64,000 nucleotides of DNA, taken from positions 1 to 64,000 of IMG/VR virus record IMGVR_UViG_3300047157_000126, one strand, 5' to 3'. A program made the translations under genes and the position numbers. Origin of the DNA: a virus. Below, in pieces: positions 10,749-19,729 of this stretch. The notes under the pieces were generated by a model. That model was not told the origin of the DNA. It did no database searches and saw only the letters and a program-made list of their open reading frames with translations. Numbering within the stretch: the first letter of the stretch is position 1; every line of letters starts with the position of its first letter.

Positions 10749-11027
10749 CTATTGTCTAATTTCTTGTAACAATTCTACAACAGTATTACCGAAAGAATCA
10801 TCTATACACTTTCTGTTAAAAGTAACATCAAATGTTTTGAAAGAAGGTATTTTATCTAAACCAGTATCAACATAATCATCTAATGTTGTTTGTGTTGTGG
10901 TTTTTATATTGTAACACGATTCTGAACTTAAATAACCGAAACTTACAGTTATTTGGTCACCATAGTGCTTACCCATTTCTTCAATTATATTCTTTATTAT
11001 TAGTTCTGTTTTTCTCATTTCACTCAT
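10749..11027 (-). CDS. Hypothetical protein
   Basis: Start placed at MSEMRK after a GGAGG RBS; fills the gap between the nuclease and primase. Confidence 0.55.
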   Translation of the reverse strand: MSEMRKTELIIKNIIEEMGKHYGDQITVSFGYLSSESCYNIKTTTQTTLDDYVDTGLDKIPSFKTFDVTFNRKCIDDSFGNTVVELLQEIRQ

Positions 11028-11028
11028 A

Positions 11029-11976
11029 TTATACATCCTCCAGTGTCCATGCGGGGCAAAGGTGCATAAAATCACACCACTGACATTTGAAGTCATTTCG
11101 CTCTGCTGGAAAGTCATTATCTAAATGCGCTTTTACTAATTTTTTCATGCGCTTTTCTATTGTTTTAGTGGCATATGTGGCTTTTCTATCACTAGTTGGT
11201 TCATATTCCCAATTAGCACCATCACCTTTGTTTATACCACCGCCGGGGAATTCCCACCCCCAGTATTGAATAGGTAGAAATTCTTTGTGAGGACTACAAT
11301 TTAACATCATTCTGTAGAATTGCATTTCTGCTCTTAACTTAGTAGCGGTTTTTCCCTTTTTCCACTTTCCGGTTTTCAACTCCATTAGAATAAAACCTTC
11401 TTCGTTTTCAAATATCCTATCAATAAATCCACGCATGTGAATTGGTACTATTATATCATCAACCTCTACATTTCTAGTTGCGTGAACTTCTGCTTCATTT
11501 CCAACAGGAAACCAATCTACACCTTTGGTAATAACTAATCTCTCAAATTGCCAATCTACCCATGTAGATATCTGCTCATCTTCACCGTACAAATAAGGTG
11601 AAGGTGGTTTTGGAATTATGTCATGTGTCATCTGTCTAGCAAGATGTGAGTTATCGTTTTCTATTTCTTCTAATATCTCATCAATATGATTTACTGCTTC
11701 TTTAAAGAAAAACTCTGTCATATCATGGACATTGTTACCTCTGATATGGTGGTCTTTTTCTTCTTGTTGTAACTTCATAATGTTTTGAAAATAATATTGC
11801 TTAGGACAGAAATCGAAAGTCCCCAAACTACTCTTTGTTATTCTCAATTTTTTATCTTCCATTTCTGGAAGCCAAGCATATGTGCTTACAGCATATGATT
11901 CTAATAATTCTTTATGAGGGTAATTAGACTCGTTATTTCGAGCCACCTTATCTTCTCCGTTAGGATTCCATCTCAT
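11029..11976 (-). CDS. Cas4/AddB-like PD-(D/E)XK exonuclease
   Basis: CPKQY, RG..VH, GFIDRI, ELKTG, Q..FY, C-terminal CQWCDF..C Fe-S ligands. Confidence 0.85.
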   Translation of the reverse strand: MRWNPNGEDKVARNNESNYPHKELLESYAVSTYAWLPEMEDKKLRITKSSLGTFDFCPKQYYFQNIMKLQQEEKDHHIRGNNVHDMTEFFFKEAVNHIDEILEEIENDNSHLARQMTHDIIPKPPSPYLYGEDEQISTWVDWQFERLVITKGVDWFPVGNEAEVHATRNVEVDDIIVPIHMRGFIDRIFENEEGFILMELKTGKWKKGKTATKLRAEMQFYRMMLNCSPHKEFLPIQYWGWEFPGGGINKGDGANWEYEPTSDRKATYATKTIEKRMKKLVKAHLDNDFPAERNDFKCQWCDFMHLCPAWTLEDV

Positions 11977-12353
11977 TCTTCTTCCTCCTGTGAAATATAC
12001 TCAACTGATGCATTACAGGAAGAACAATGTAAGTGTGTCACTATACCTTCTTCACCCATCAAATCTTCTTTATCGTGGTCTGCTTGCCAAATCAATTGAC
12101 CTCCACACCACCAGCAAACATCTCTTTTATTTTTGTCCATTATTGATGTGACAATAAGACTACTTTTTTCATGTTTAGATATCAGTTTCTGTAAGTAGAC
12201 TGTCAAATCCATAGCCTCTTCTTGAGCGTGTGTTAACCATTCTGGTATAGTCAAGTCCTCTCTTTCCATAGTAGTACCATATTTGTTTTTCCCAACTTCT
12301 GCTCTTTTCATTATTTTTTTACATACTTCATCTTCTATTTTACTCATCACCAA
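11973..12353 (-). CDS. All-alpha NTP pyrophosphohydrolase (MazG-like) with C-terminal Zn ribbon
   Basis: G..KYGT, EEAMD..VY; CWWC...CSSC. Confidence 0.55.
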   Translation of the reverse strand: MVMSKIEDEVCKKIMKRAEVGKNKYGTTMEREDLTIPEWLTHAQEEAMDLTVYLQKLISKHEKSSLIVTSIMDKNKRDVCWWCGGQLIWQADHDKEDLMGEEGIVTHLHCSSCNASVEYISQEEEE

Positions 12354-14749
12354 TACACCTCCGGCACTGCTATACTAGCATCAACTTTATCTAAATCCCA
12401 TCCTAATGTTTGATAGACAGGCTTGATTTTAGCCATTATGAATTTTTGTACTATTGTTTCATAGTCAACAGAATAATCAGATATCTCATCTGGTTTTCTA
12501 AACGCTATTACATTTGCTTTAATTTCCTTATGGAACTTTACAAAGTGTGACTTTCCTTCTGGTATTTCTTTGATGAATATCCATTGTGCACCATCTCCGG
12601 GTTTAAATGGGTCTATTGTAGTAATGTTTTCATTGTAATTCTTAGCGGCTCTAACTTGCATAGGTATGTTAGATTTATATTCACTAAATGGTCTTTTTAT
12701 TCTTCCGTAAGGGCTTAATTTTTGAACAGGATATTCACCATTTAATACCGCTTTGGTAATTGGTCTAAGAGCATTGGTTACTTCATCTTCTTCTGCACCA
12801 TTACCTACTAGATTGAATAGAACTGATTGGACTTCTTTTGTTATTGGTGCAGCGTTAGCCGCTTTTAGTTCAAAACCTGTTACTTTCATTTTACCCTTAT
12901 CTGATTCAGGATAGGTTTTAATTCCGAAATATCTATTCTTTGTTTGGGCGCTTATCCAATAGTCAAAATACGCCTCTAGTTCCACATCCATGTATGGCAT
13001 ATCTAGTTGCTTTTGTGCCTCTTTTGTTAGATGCTCCGCTAGTGCTTCTGCTTCCTCTAAAGGGACTTGTATAAAGGCTGAATCGGTGTGACCGTACAAC
13101 CCCTTGTAACCTTGCTTTTCACTTTCAGCAAGTAGGAATCTAATACTATCTCTACCCATGTGGGTAATTGTTTTTCCAATATCTAAATCGGACCACATAC
13201 CACCAATCTTACCCATGGAAACCATTCCGTATAGAGCGTTGACTGCAACTTTAGTAGCAGTCTGTAGCATATCGTACCCAAGTTTTTCATCGGGATTTGT
13301 AGCAGCATACATTTTCTTTTTGTATTCTTTTCTTAGAGCAAGCATTTCAGACACAACGCTTGGGAATAACCCTTGTTCTGACTGGTCCCAGTGTGTCCCA
13401 TTACCGGGTGATTTGATATTTTCACCCGGACCATCTCTTTTAGTAGTCCAACATAAGTTTAAACTGAGAATTATATTTGGATATAGAGAAGCGTAATCAA
13501 ATAACCCAACACCTATATGTCTACCAGAAATAGGGTCAGGAATATATGCCGCTTGTAAGTCTTCTCTATTCTGAGCCTTTGAACTAGGTGCTTTCAACTC
13601 GGTCCTACGAGCGATTAAGCCTCTAAAATATCTAGTAACTTTATTTGTACTAGGGAAAGAAACACCACATAGTTTCATCATGGCGACATGAAATTCTACA
13701 GCATGTAGTTTCTCATCTACATCTCTTAACAAAGTGGTATCAACTAAACAATAGTCTACGAAGTCATCAAAATATTCATACCAACCATTGAAAACAGTCA
13801 TACCTTCTATTCTATCTGTAAGTTTTTCACCTAACTCAAGACTTTGTGCTACCCAATTTAATGAGCGACTAGACATCTGTCCTCTACCTGATTTTTGCCA
13901 TATAGACTCAAAACCACTACCAGACATACCTCTAGCGGCACTGTCAAAAACTAGTCTCCCTTTGATGGGTTGAGCAGTTTCTTTGTACCCCGATTCTTTC
14001 TTTGGGACTAATACTTGGTTAATAGGACTCATACGATTCGGGTCTGCTAATCTCCTGTGTAGATGAGGGAAATCTGCCCAATTACCTGCATGAGCGACTA
14101 ATATGTCAGGATTTCTTTCATCCATATAATTAAGGAAACCTTCGTGCATATCGCTTTCATTATCATATAAATGTAGTAAATATCCACCTTCTCTATCTAC
14201 CAGTGTGGTTTTTATTTCCGCTTCGGGTTTCCAAGCAAATACCATAGGGGTTTCATCTTGATTATCAACTACAGCCATGACTGTTGTGAAATCTTCTTTT
14301 GGGTCCCACTCTAAATCGAAATACCATATTCTAGGATTAAAATCAGGAATACCATCGGGGTATTTTTGTATAATATATTGGTCTACAAAACTTAAATCTG
14401 CTTCGTAAGTGTAAGGGTATTCTTCTTTTATATCCCATAAATTACCGGGGTGGTTTACTGTCAACTTGATTAGTGGATAGCCATCTAATCCTACTGCTGT
14501 TTTAGATTTATCAAATTTAGCACCGGGATATCTGCTAACAATTTTATTCATTTGCCACTGTGGTATATCTGCTCTTACCCAACATGAAGGAAATATGTAA
14601 TCATCATCTTCAGAAGTGATTATTCTTTCTTTTAAAACCCCATCTAGACCTCTTGTTCTCTCATAAAGGAACGGTGCCTCATCATTATGTACTAGACCCT
14701 TGTGAGTCTTTAGATACGCACCACTAGGGTAAAAGTAGTCTACTATCAT
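12347..14749 (-). CDS. polB: Family B DNA polymerase
   Basis: FDLEW exonuclease I, DYASLYP motif A, KVAVNALYG motif B, YGHTDS motif C, KNRYFG. Confidence 0.97.
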   Translation of the reverse strand: MIVDYFYPSGAYLKTHKGLVHNDEAPFLYERTRGLDGVLKERIITSEDDDYIFPSCWVRADIPQWQMNKIVSRYPGAKFDKSKTAVGLDGYPLIKLTVNHPGNLWDIKEEYPYTYEADLSFVDQYIIQKYPDGIPDFNPRIWYFDLEWDPKEDFTTVMAVVDNQDETPMVFAWKPEAEIKTTLVDREGGYLLHLYDNESDMHEGFLNYMDERNPDILVAHAGNWADFPHLHRRLADPNRMSPINQVLVPKKESGYKETAQPIKGRLVFDSAARGMSGSGFESIWQKSGRGQMSSRSLNWVAQSLELGEKLTDRIEGMTVFNGWYEYFDDFVDYCLVDTTLLRDVDEKLHAVEFHVAMMKLCGVSFPSTNKVTRYFRGLIARRTELKAPSSKAQNREDLQAAYIPDPISGRHIGVGLFDYASLYPNIILSLNLCWTTKRDGPGENIKSPGNGTHWDQSEQGLFPSVVSEMLALRKEYKKKMYAATNPDEKLGYDMLQTATKVAVNALYGMVSMGKIGGMWSDLDIGKTITHMGRDSIRFLLAESEKQGYKGLYGHTDSAFIQVPLEEAEALAEHLTKEAQKQLDMPYMDVELEAYFDYWISAQTKNRYFGIKTYPESDKGKMKVTGFELKAANAAPITKEVQSVLFNLVGNGAEEDEVTNALRPITKAVLNGEYPVQKLSPYGRIKRPFSEYKSNIPMQVRAAKNYNENITTIDPFKPGDGAQWIFIKEIPEGKSHFVKFHKEIKANVIAFRKPDEISDYSVDYETIVQKFIMAKIKPVYQTLGWDLDKVDASIAVPEVYW

Positions 14750-15507
14750 CAGTTCACCTTCTGATTTATTATTACCAAAAGGGTGTTACTTTGTTCTATG
14801 AATAATGGAAGTTGTTCTCCCATATGGAAAGTAGCCGCTTCATTGTCTAAGAAGTTTATACAGTCACCAAACCAATGTCCGAAATGACTCTCGATATTAC
14901 TGTGAGGACCTTGTGCATTTGTAACCGGAGTGGTAATAAATAATCTTGGTGTGTGCTTTTTACCTAAGTGTATTGAAAATTCCTTTTCTTCAGCATTCAC
15001 GGTTACTTTAGCACCATGCTTACCTGTAATATCATTCATTTTTGAAGCATTTTTTATATCTTTTACAGTAATATCGCCATGAACTTCCAATGGTGTTTTC
15101 TTTCTTGTCCAAGTACTCCACATACTAGCAATGGTTTCATCCAATAATTTGTTTATCATGGGTGTCCTTGAGTGACTAGTAATAATATCAGTAGTAGGTA
15201 ATTGTAGTTTGGTTTTTTCTATACGAAGATACAACGTTTTGCCGCTACCACTTTGTCTAACAATTATTTCTTCACCTTTTATTTTTTTACAAAAAGAAAC
15301 TACTTTCTTCAAATCAGAAATATCTAATTTACCTTCGGTTTTTATTTCACTTGGGTCTACTATCAAAGATTTTCTCAGATAATGTGTAGCAAAACCGATT
15401 TCACCAGTGAGGCGAGAACCCGCGACATCTAATCGCAGGTCCTCTACATCACCGAAAGATGTTAAAAATCTCAAGAACTCAGTTCTTTTTATTTGTATTT
15501 CAGCCAT
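14749..15507 (-). CDS. PCNA-like sliding clamp (divergent)
   Basis: 252 aa, adjacent to polB and near RFC; beta-rich, ends ATFHMGEQLPLFI...LLVII like PCNA C-termini. Confidence 0.55.
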   Translation of the reverse strand: MAEIQIKRTEFLRFLTSFGDVEDLRLDVAGSRLTGEIGFATHYLRKSLIVDPSEIKTEGKLDISDLKKVVSFCKKIKGEEIIVRQSGSGKTLYLRIEKTKLQLPTTDIITSHSRTPMINKLLDETIASMWSTWTRKKTPLEVHGDITVKDIKNASKMNDITGKHGAKVTVNAEEKEFSIHLGKKHTPRLFITTPVTNAQGPHSNIESHFGHWFGDCINFLDNEAATFHMGEQLPLFIEQSNTLLVIINQKVN

Positions 15508-15511
15508 TTAA

Positions 15512-16552
15512 TCACAGGCTTCCATCACTTAATTCAGGTAAACCTATCCATCTAGCAGGTTTACCTGCTTCTGTAACTAGGATTGTTCTTTTCTGGCCCT
15601 GTAAATCCGCATTGGTTTTACTCTTCTCAAAGGTTACACTAAACTCGCTTCTAATTACACCTTTACGTTCATCATCATATGTATCTGTCCTCTCACAGAT
15701 AAGGATTTGATACACATAATTATTGGTAGCCTTCTCACAATCAGGTCGCCATTTCGCTGCCTCTTCATTCTTACCAAAGGAGTAATTAGTCATTCTAAGA
15801 TGTGTTTCCCAAAAGACATTCACACCAGCACTAACCAATCCTCTTGATAGAGCGGTCAGTTGATGGAATCTAGTCTTACGGATAGCCCAATCCCATTGAT
15901 GTCCTACCTTGACGTTCCAGTCAGCCGCTTCGATACCATCAGAGGCTAAATTTAGGTCAATTATTCTCATGTTGTTTATACATATAGAATCCCAAAGGTC
16001 TATTCCAGTCACAATTACACCCCACAATCTATCACCATCGTAGTTTTCTTCTTCTTGTTTACGAGCGATATCTACAGCAAACTGCATTATCTTCATTACT
16101 CTATCATGAGTGGCAGGATAATCGTATGCTGTTCTATCTCCTTTCTGCATAACCCAAGGGTCCCAACATCTAATACTAGTGCTGTTTTTGTAGAATGCTG
16201 CTGCTGAAGCCGCACCCCCACCATCGAAATCTAAAATCCATAAGTCACCAACAACTTCTGTTTCTTTCTTGACTTTATCATAAGCATCTAAAACTATTGC
16301 AGTTTTACCTGTATTCTCATGTCCTGCTACAAGAGCGAACAATGTACTTTTAGGACTCTTCTTATGTAGAGATTGTAGTTCATTTCTCAAATCAGCAAAA
16401 GGGTCATTAGAAGCATCGTATGCTTTTTCTATAAAATTAGACTGACTCTCTTTAGGATTATTACTAGTTTTCTTTTTCTTTTGTTTCAAAGGTGTAAAGG
16501 GTACTGCTTCTTTAGCATCCTTAGCCTCTTTAGCCGCACCAAATCCTGCCAT
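15512..16552 (-). CDS. RecA-superfamily ATPase (RadA/Sak4-like recombinase)
   Basis: AGHENTGKT Walker A, ILDFDGG, VIVTGID, FWETH, FEKSK. Confidence 0.7.
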   Translation of the reverse strand: MAGFGAAKEAKDAKEAVPFTPLKQKKKKTSNNPKESQSNFIEKAYDASNDPFADLRNELQSLHKKSPKSTLFALVAGHENTGKTAIVLDAYDKVKKETEVVGDLWILDFDGGGAASAAAFYKNSTSIRCWDPWVMQKGDRTAYDYPATHDRVMKIMQFAVDIARKQEEENYDGDRLWGVIVTGIDLWDSICINNMRIIDLNLASDGIEAADWNVKVGHQWDWAIRKTRFHQLTALSRGLVSAGVNVFWETHLRMTNYSFGKNEEAAKWRPDCEKATNNYVYQILICERTDTYDDERKGVIRSEFSVTFEKSKTNADLQGQKRTILVTEAGKPARWIGLPELSDGSL

Positions 16553-16803
16553 TATTTTTCCTCCTCGTTACCTGTATCTACACCTGCTTGTGCAAGTTGA
16601 TTCAGTTGGTTTTGTAGATTATTTGTTGCACCAAGAACGTTGTTAGCATAGGCGACTAAAAACTCAATCTGTAGTTTTTGTGCAGCGCTTCTCTTCATTT
16701 CCTCTTTCAAAGCACCATCTAGATTCACGGCGGTCATTCTTAATTTCTCAAATTCTTCTTTCAAAGTCTTGTTTTCTTCTTCTATTTCTTTCTTTGTACT
16801 CAT
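16552..16803 (-). CDS. Small coiled-coil protein
   Basis: Start placed at MSTKKEIEEE after a GAGGTGA RBS; heptad pattern. Confidence 0.6.
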   Translation of the reverse strand: MSTKKEIEEENKTLKEEFEKLRMTAVNLDGALKEEMKRSAAQKLQIEFLVAYANNVLGATNNLQNQLNQLAQAGVDTGNEEEK

Positions 16804-16813
16804 TTTTTTCACC

Positions 16814-18151
16814 TCAGTTAAATTGGTCCTGTCCAGTATTTCCTCCACCGATTCTAGGGCGGATTCTTCTTGGGTCTGCATAGACGCCAAAGACATTTAG
16901 TTTAGCAACTCTTTCATTATCTTTTACAGATACTCCAACTCTTCCAATCACATAGACTGTAGACTTTTCAGCCCACTCTATTTCAGAAGTGTCATCTCTG
17001 GCTACGAAAGGTGATGTTGAATCGTGACAAGCACCACTAACCCAACAACCTACTTCCGCTGCCCTGCCTTCACCGTATTGGCTTTGTAGAGCCACGGATG
17101 TTAAATTGAAAACATAGTTCTTACCACTTTGGTCGTATTGTGTTTCTCTAGCCTCAGTAGATAGCCTATTTACTGTGCCCTTGGTAATAACCACAGGCCC
17201 TGAACGACCCTGTTCACCATTGATTTCAAAAGTTCTGCTTCCAGATTCATAGGCTTCATCTAAATCTTCTAAAGGTACAAAGAAATTATGCATGTCTCTA
17301 CTTGTAAGATATCTTGAAGGGTGTAAGAACTTTCTCTCACTTTCACCAACGAATTTATCTGTATATTCTATCTTTTCACTAAATCCATAACTAGTACCAA
17401 GAATATCTCTGTAAGCCTCTGGTGCATTAGCATTAGGAGGTCTAACGTAGATTTTACAAGGTTCTCCTACTTTGACTTCCATATCAACATCATCACCAGT
17501 GGCATCTACTCTCCACATAAGAATCTCTGACTCGAACTTATTTTCTTCATTACCTAAGAAGAAATAATGCCTTCCCATTAATTCTTTAATCATTGGTCTA
17601 CCAGTGGTTGAACCTAACAAACAAATGTATTGTCCATCTGCTAAGAACCCCATACTTGGTGGGGTATCAACAGGCTCAACAGTCTCTATACTTCCATTAG
17701 AAGTTACTATCTTCCAAAAGTCCCCTTCTTTTTCATAGACTCCTACCTTACCACTATCAATAGCAGCATTTGGGTCCATTGTAAAGTCTCTCGATGCCCT
17801 TCTTACCATGTTAGCCCTACGGTCTCTTTTGTTTCCATCTACTCCTATGAAACAACCAACGAAAGTAGTGCTATTAGAACCACCACTAACTGTCGCTCTT
17901 CTAAGTTGAACATAACACTGTTCAAACCAATCAATCAAAAGGTCTTCATCTTCTTCTTGAGGATTGTCACAGCCGTAGTCTTTCTTTATAGACTCCAAAA
18001 AGAAATCTAAAACTACATCAACTTTTTCATTAGTTCTTTCCGCGTGTTTTTCCACTCTTGTCATTACAGATTCAGGTAAATTACCATTGGCCCTGTTAAA
18101 TCCGGCCACATTCTTTTGCTCTACGTCATCATATTCATATTCATTGTCCAT
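16814..18151 (-). CDS. Putative RPA/SSB-like OB-fold protein
   Basis: Between recombinase and RFC; beta-rich C-terminus (VITKGTV...STVYVIGRV...LNVFGVYA) resembles an OB fold; start placed at MDNEYEY. Confidence 0.45.
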   Translation of the reverse strand: MDNEYEYDDVEQKNVAGFNRANGNLPESVMTRVEKHAERTNEKVDVVLDFFLESIKKDYGCDNPQEEDEDLLIDWFEQCYVQLRRATVSGGSNSTTFVGCFIGVDGNKRDRRANMVRRASRDFTMDPNAAIDSGKVGVYEKEGDFWKIVTSNGSIETVEPVDTPPSMGFLADGQYICLLGSTTGRPMIKELMGRHYFFLGNEENKFESEILMWRVDATGDDVDMEVKVGEPCKIYVRPPNANAPEAYRDILGTSYGFSEKIEYTDKFVGESERKFLHPSRYLTSRDMHNFFVPLEDLDEAYESGSRTFEINGEQGRSGPVVITKGTVNRLSTEARETQYDQSGKNYVFNLTSVALQSQYGEGRAAEVGCWVSGACHDSTSPFVARDDTSEIEWAEKSTVYVIGRVGVSVKDNERVAKLNVFGVYADPRRIRPRIGGGNTGQDQFN

Positions 18152-19131
18152 TAGTTCTTCAACTCCTTTCTTAATTTTGCAATAAAACAATCCATGAATG
18201 CGGCATCACTGTCCGGCCACTCATAAATTGAATTCATCATATCACCGTATACGGCTATTATATCCCATAGTTTGGGGTTACTGTCTGTCACATCAAAGAA
18301 ACTTGATATGTTCTGGTAGAAAGAGCGCATGATAAATATCCTATCTCTACCTTGGTTAATCGCTTTGTGGAATGCAACACGCATTTCCATCCATTCATTA
18401 TCTAGACCAGCAACTGCTGAATCTGATATAACATCTATATCTCTAATTTTTTCAACTAACGCCTTTGGTGTTTTGTTTGTGCTTTCTAACACATTCACAC
18501 AACTTCTCAAATCTCCACCCATTGTGGTCACTAAACGTGGGAAATGCTCTTTCCAGTCTGAAAGTAAATCAAACCCGTTTACGTTACTCATTCCTAATGT
18601 TTCACAAACATTAGTTAAATGGATTGCACCTTCTTCTGCTGTTAGTGGTTTGAATTGATATACACTACATCTACTTCTTATTGCAGTTGTAATTTTATCT
18701 AGATTGTTTGCTGTCATAATAATCAAACAATTACTAGCGTAGTTTTCTATAATTTGTCTAGCAGCATCTTGAGCAGCCTTAGTCAACCCATCTGCTTCAT
18801 CCAAAAGTACTACTCTTCTTTCTGCGCCTATTGGTTTTGTGCTTGCTAATATTTTTAATTCACTTCTGATAAAATCAATACCTCGGTCATCGGAAGCATT
18901 CGACTCCACATAATTAACAGGGTCGTAATAATCTCCTAACACATTCCTAGAGATTATTCTTGCAGCAGTAGTTTTTCCAACTCCCGGTCTACCATGTAGT
19001 AAAATAGCGGCGGGCCATGATTCATTTTTTCTCCATTCTTTTGCATCGTCTATGAAATCCTTCTGTCCTACTATTTTCTCAAGAGTCATAGGTCTAGCAA
19101 TTTCATTCCAGTTACTTTGTGTATATCTCAT
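18151..19131 (-). CDS. rfcS: Replication factor C small subunit (clamp loader)
   Basis: RP.TLEKIVGQ, GRPGVGKTT, NASDDRGID, LLDEAD, AQDA, SRC. Confidence 0.95.
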   Translation of the reverse strand: MRYTQSNWNEIARPMTLEKIVGQKDFIDDAKEWRKNESWPAAILLHGRPGVGKTTAARIISRNVLGDYYDPVNYVESNASDDRGIDFIRSELKILASTKPIGAERRVVLLDEADGLTKAAQDAARQIIENYASNCLIIMTANNLDKITTAIRSRCSVYQFKPLTAEEGAIHLTNVCETLGMSNVNGFDLLSDWKEHFPRLVTTMGGDLRSCVNVLESTNKTPKALVEKIRDIDVISDSAVAGLDNEWMEMRVAFHKAINQGRDRIFIMRSFYQNISSFFDVTDSNPKLWDIIAVYGDMMNSIYEWPDSDAAFMDCFIAKLRKELKN

Positions 19132-19144
19132 TTAATCACCTCGA

Positions 19145-19248
19145 TGTATGAGAAGGAGTAGTGAAGTAACTTGTAGCCCAGCAAGGTTACAAGATAAAGG
19201 ATTTACACACAATGAACGAAAATTTATTTTTTTACTCCTTCTCATACA
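19145..19248 (-). ncRNA. Structured RNA / 5' leader closed by a perfect 16-bp inverted repeat
   Basis: TGTATGAGAAGGAGTA (19145-19160) pairs with TACTCCTTCTCATACA (19233-19248); inner hairpin GTAAC-TTG...CAA-G-GTTAC; lies between a promoter repeat and the rfcS RBS. Confidence 0.55.
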
Positions 19249-19249
19249 A

Positions 19250-19729
19250 TTACCCCTTATTCATTTCTTTATATAGAATCTTATATTCTTGCTCTTTAAG
19301 ACCATCAAAATCTGACATCCATTTTACAGTTTCTTCAAAATCTACTGGTACATGCATACCCATTCTTCTGTTTGTCCTTGTAGGTAAAGGGTTTTCAAAA
19401 ACCCACTCCATCAATTCTATCTTAGGTGCTTGTGAGAAATAGGGAATTAGTTTCGCTTGTTTAAGGAAATGAAACCATTTTTTAATATCAGACTCGCTGT
19501 AATAAAACTGCTTTAGTTCTATTCCTATATTTTCTAATTCCTCTTCTACTTTTTCAAGTAATTCATTTCTAGGATATACAAACAAGGTTTTCCAAGAAAC
19601 CCATTTTCTTAACTTAAAACCACCATCGTATCTATCATCTCTTGATACTCCTGTGTATATATCTAAATCAGCACAAATGAAACCTAAAGTAAAACTCCAA
19701 TCATCCATCATCTTCACCAAACATAACAT
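19250..19729 (-). CDS. Degenerate single-domain LAGLIDADG-like protein
   Basis: FTLGFICADLDIYTGVSRDDRYDGGFKLR resembles the LAGLIDADG helix and following beta strands; true start probably near 19711. Confidence 0.45.
   Translation of the reverse strand: MLCLVKMMDDWSFTLGFICADLDIYTGVSRDDRYDGGFKLRKWVSWKTLFVYPRNELLEKVEEELENIGIELKQFYYSESDIKKWFHFLKQAKLIPYFSQAPKIELMEWVFENPLPTRTNRRMGMHVPVDFEETVKWMSDFDGLKEQEYKILYKEMNKG
19260..19280 (-). promoter_or_regulatory. 21-bp promoter-like repeat, copy 9
   Basis: GATTCTATATAAAGAAATGAA on the minus strand. Confidence 0.75.

Noticed and set aside
11029-11976. Cas4-like gene as part of a CRISPR-Cas system
   Set aside because: No cas1/cas2 or array; solo Cas4-like nucleases are normal in viral replication modules
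4939-19131. Cellular archaeal chromosome origin for the replication genes
   Set aside because: Genes are compact and divergent, contiguous with terminase, portal and tail fibre, and there are no ribosomal or other housekeeping operons
19145-19248. Inverted repeat as a retron msr-msd, DGR element or MITE
   Set aside because: No reverse transcriptase or transposase in the window and no target-site duplication seen
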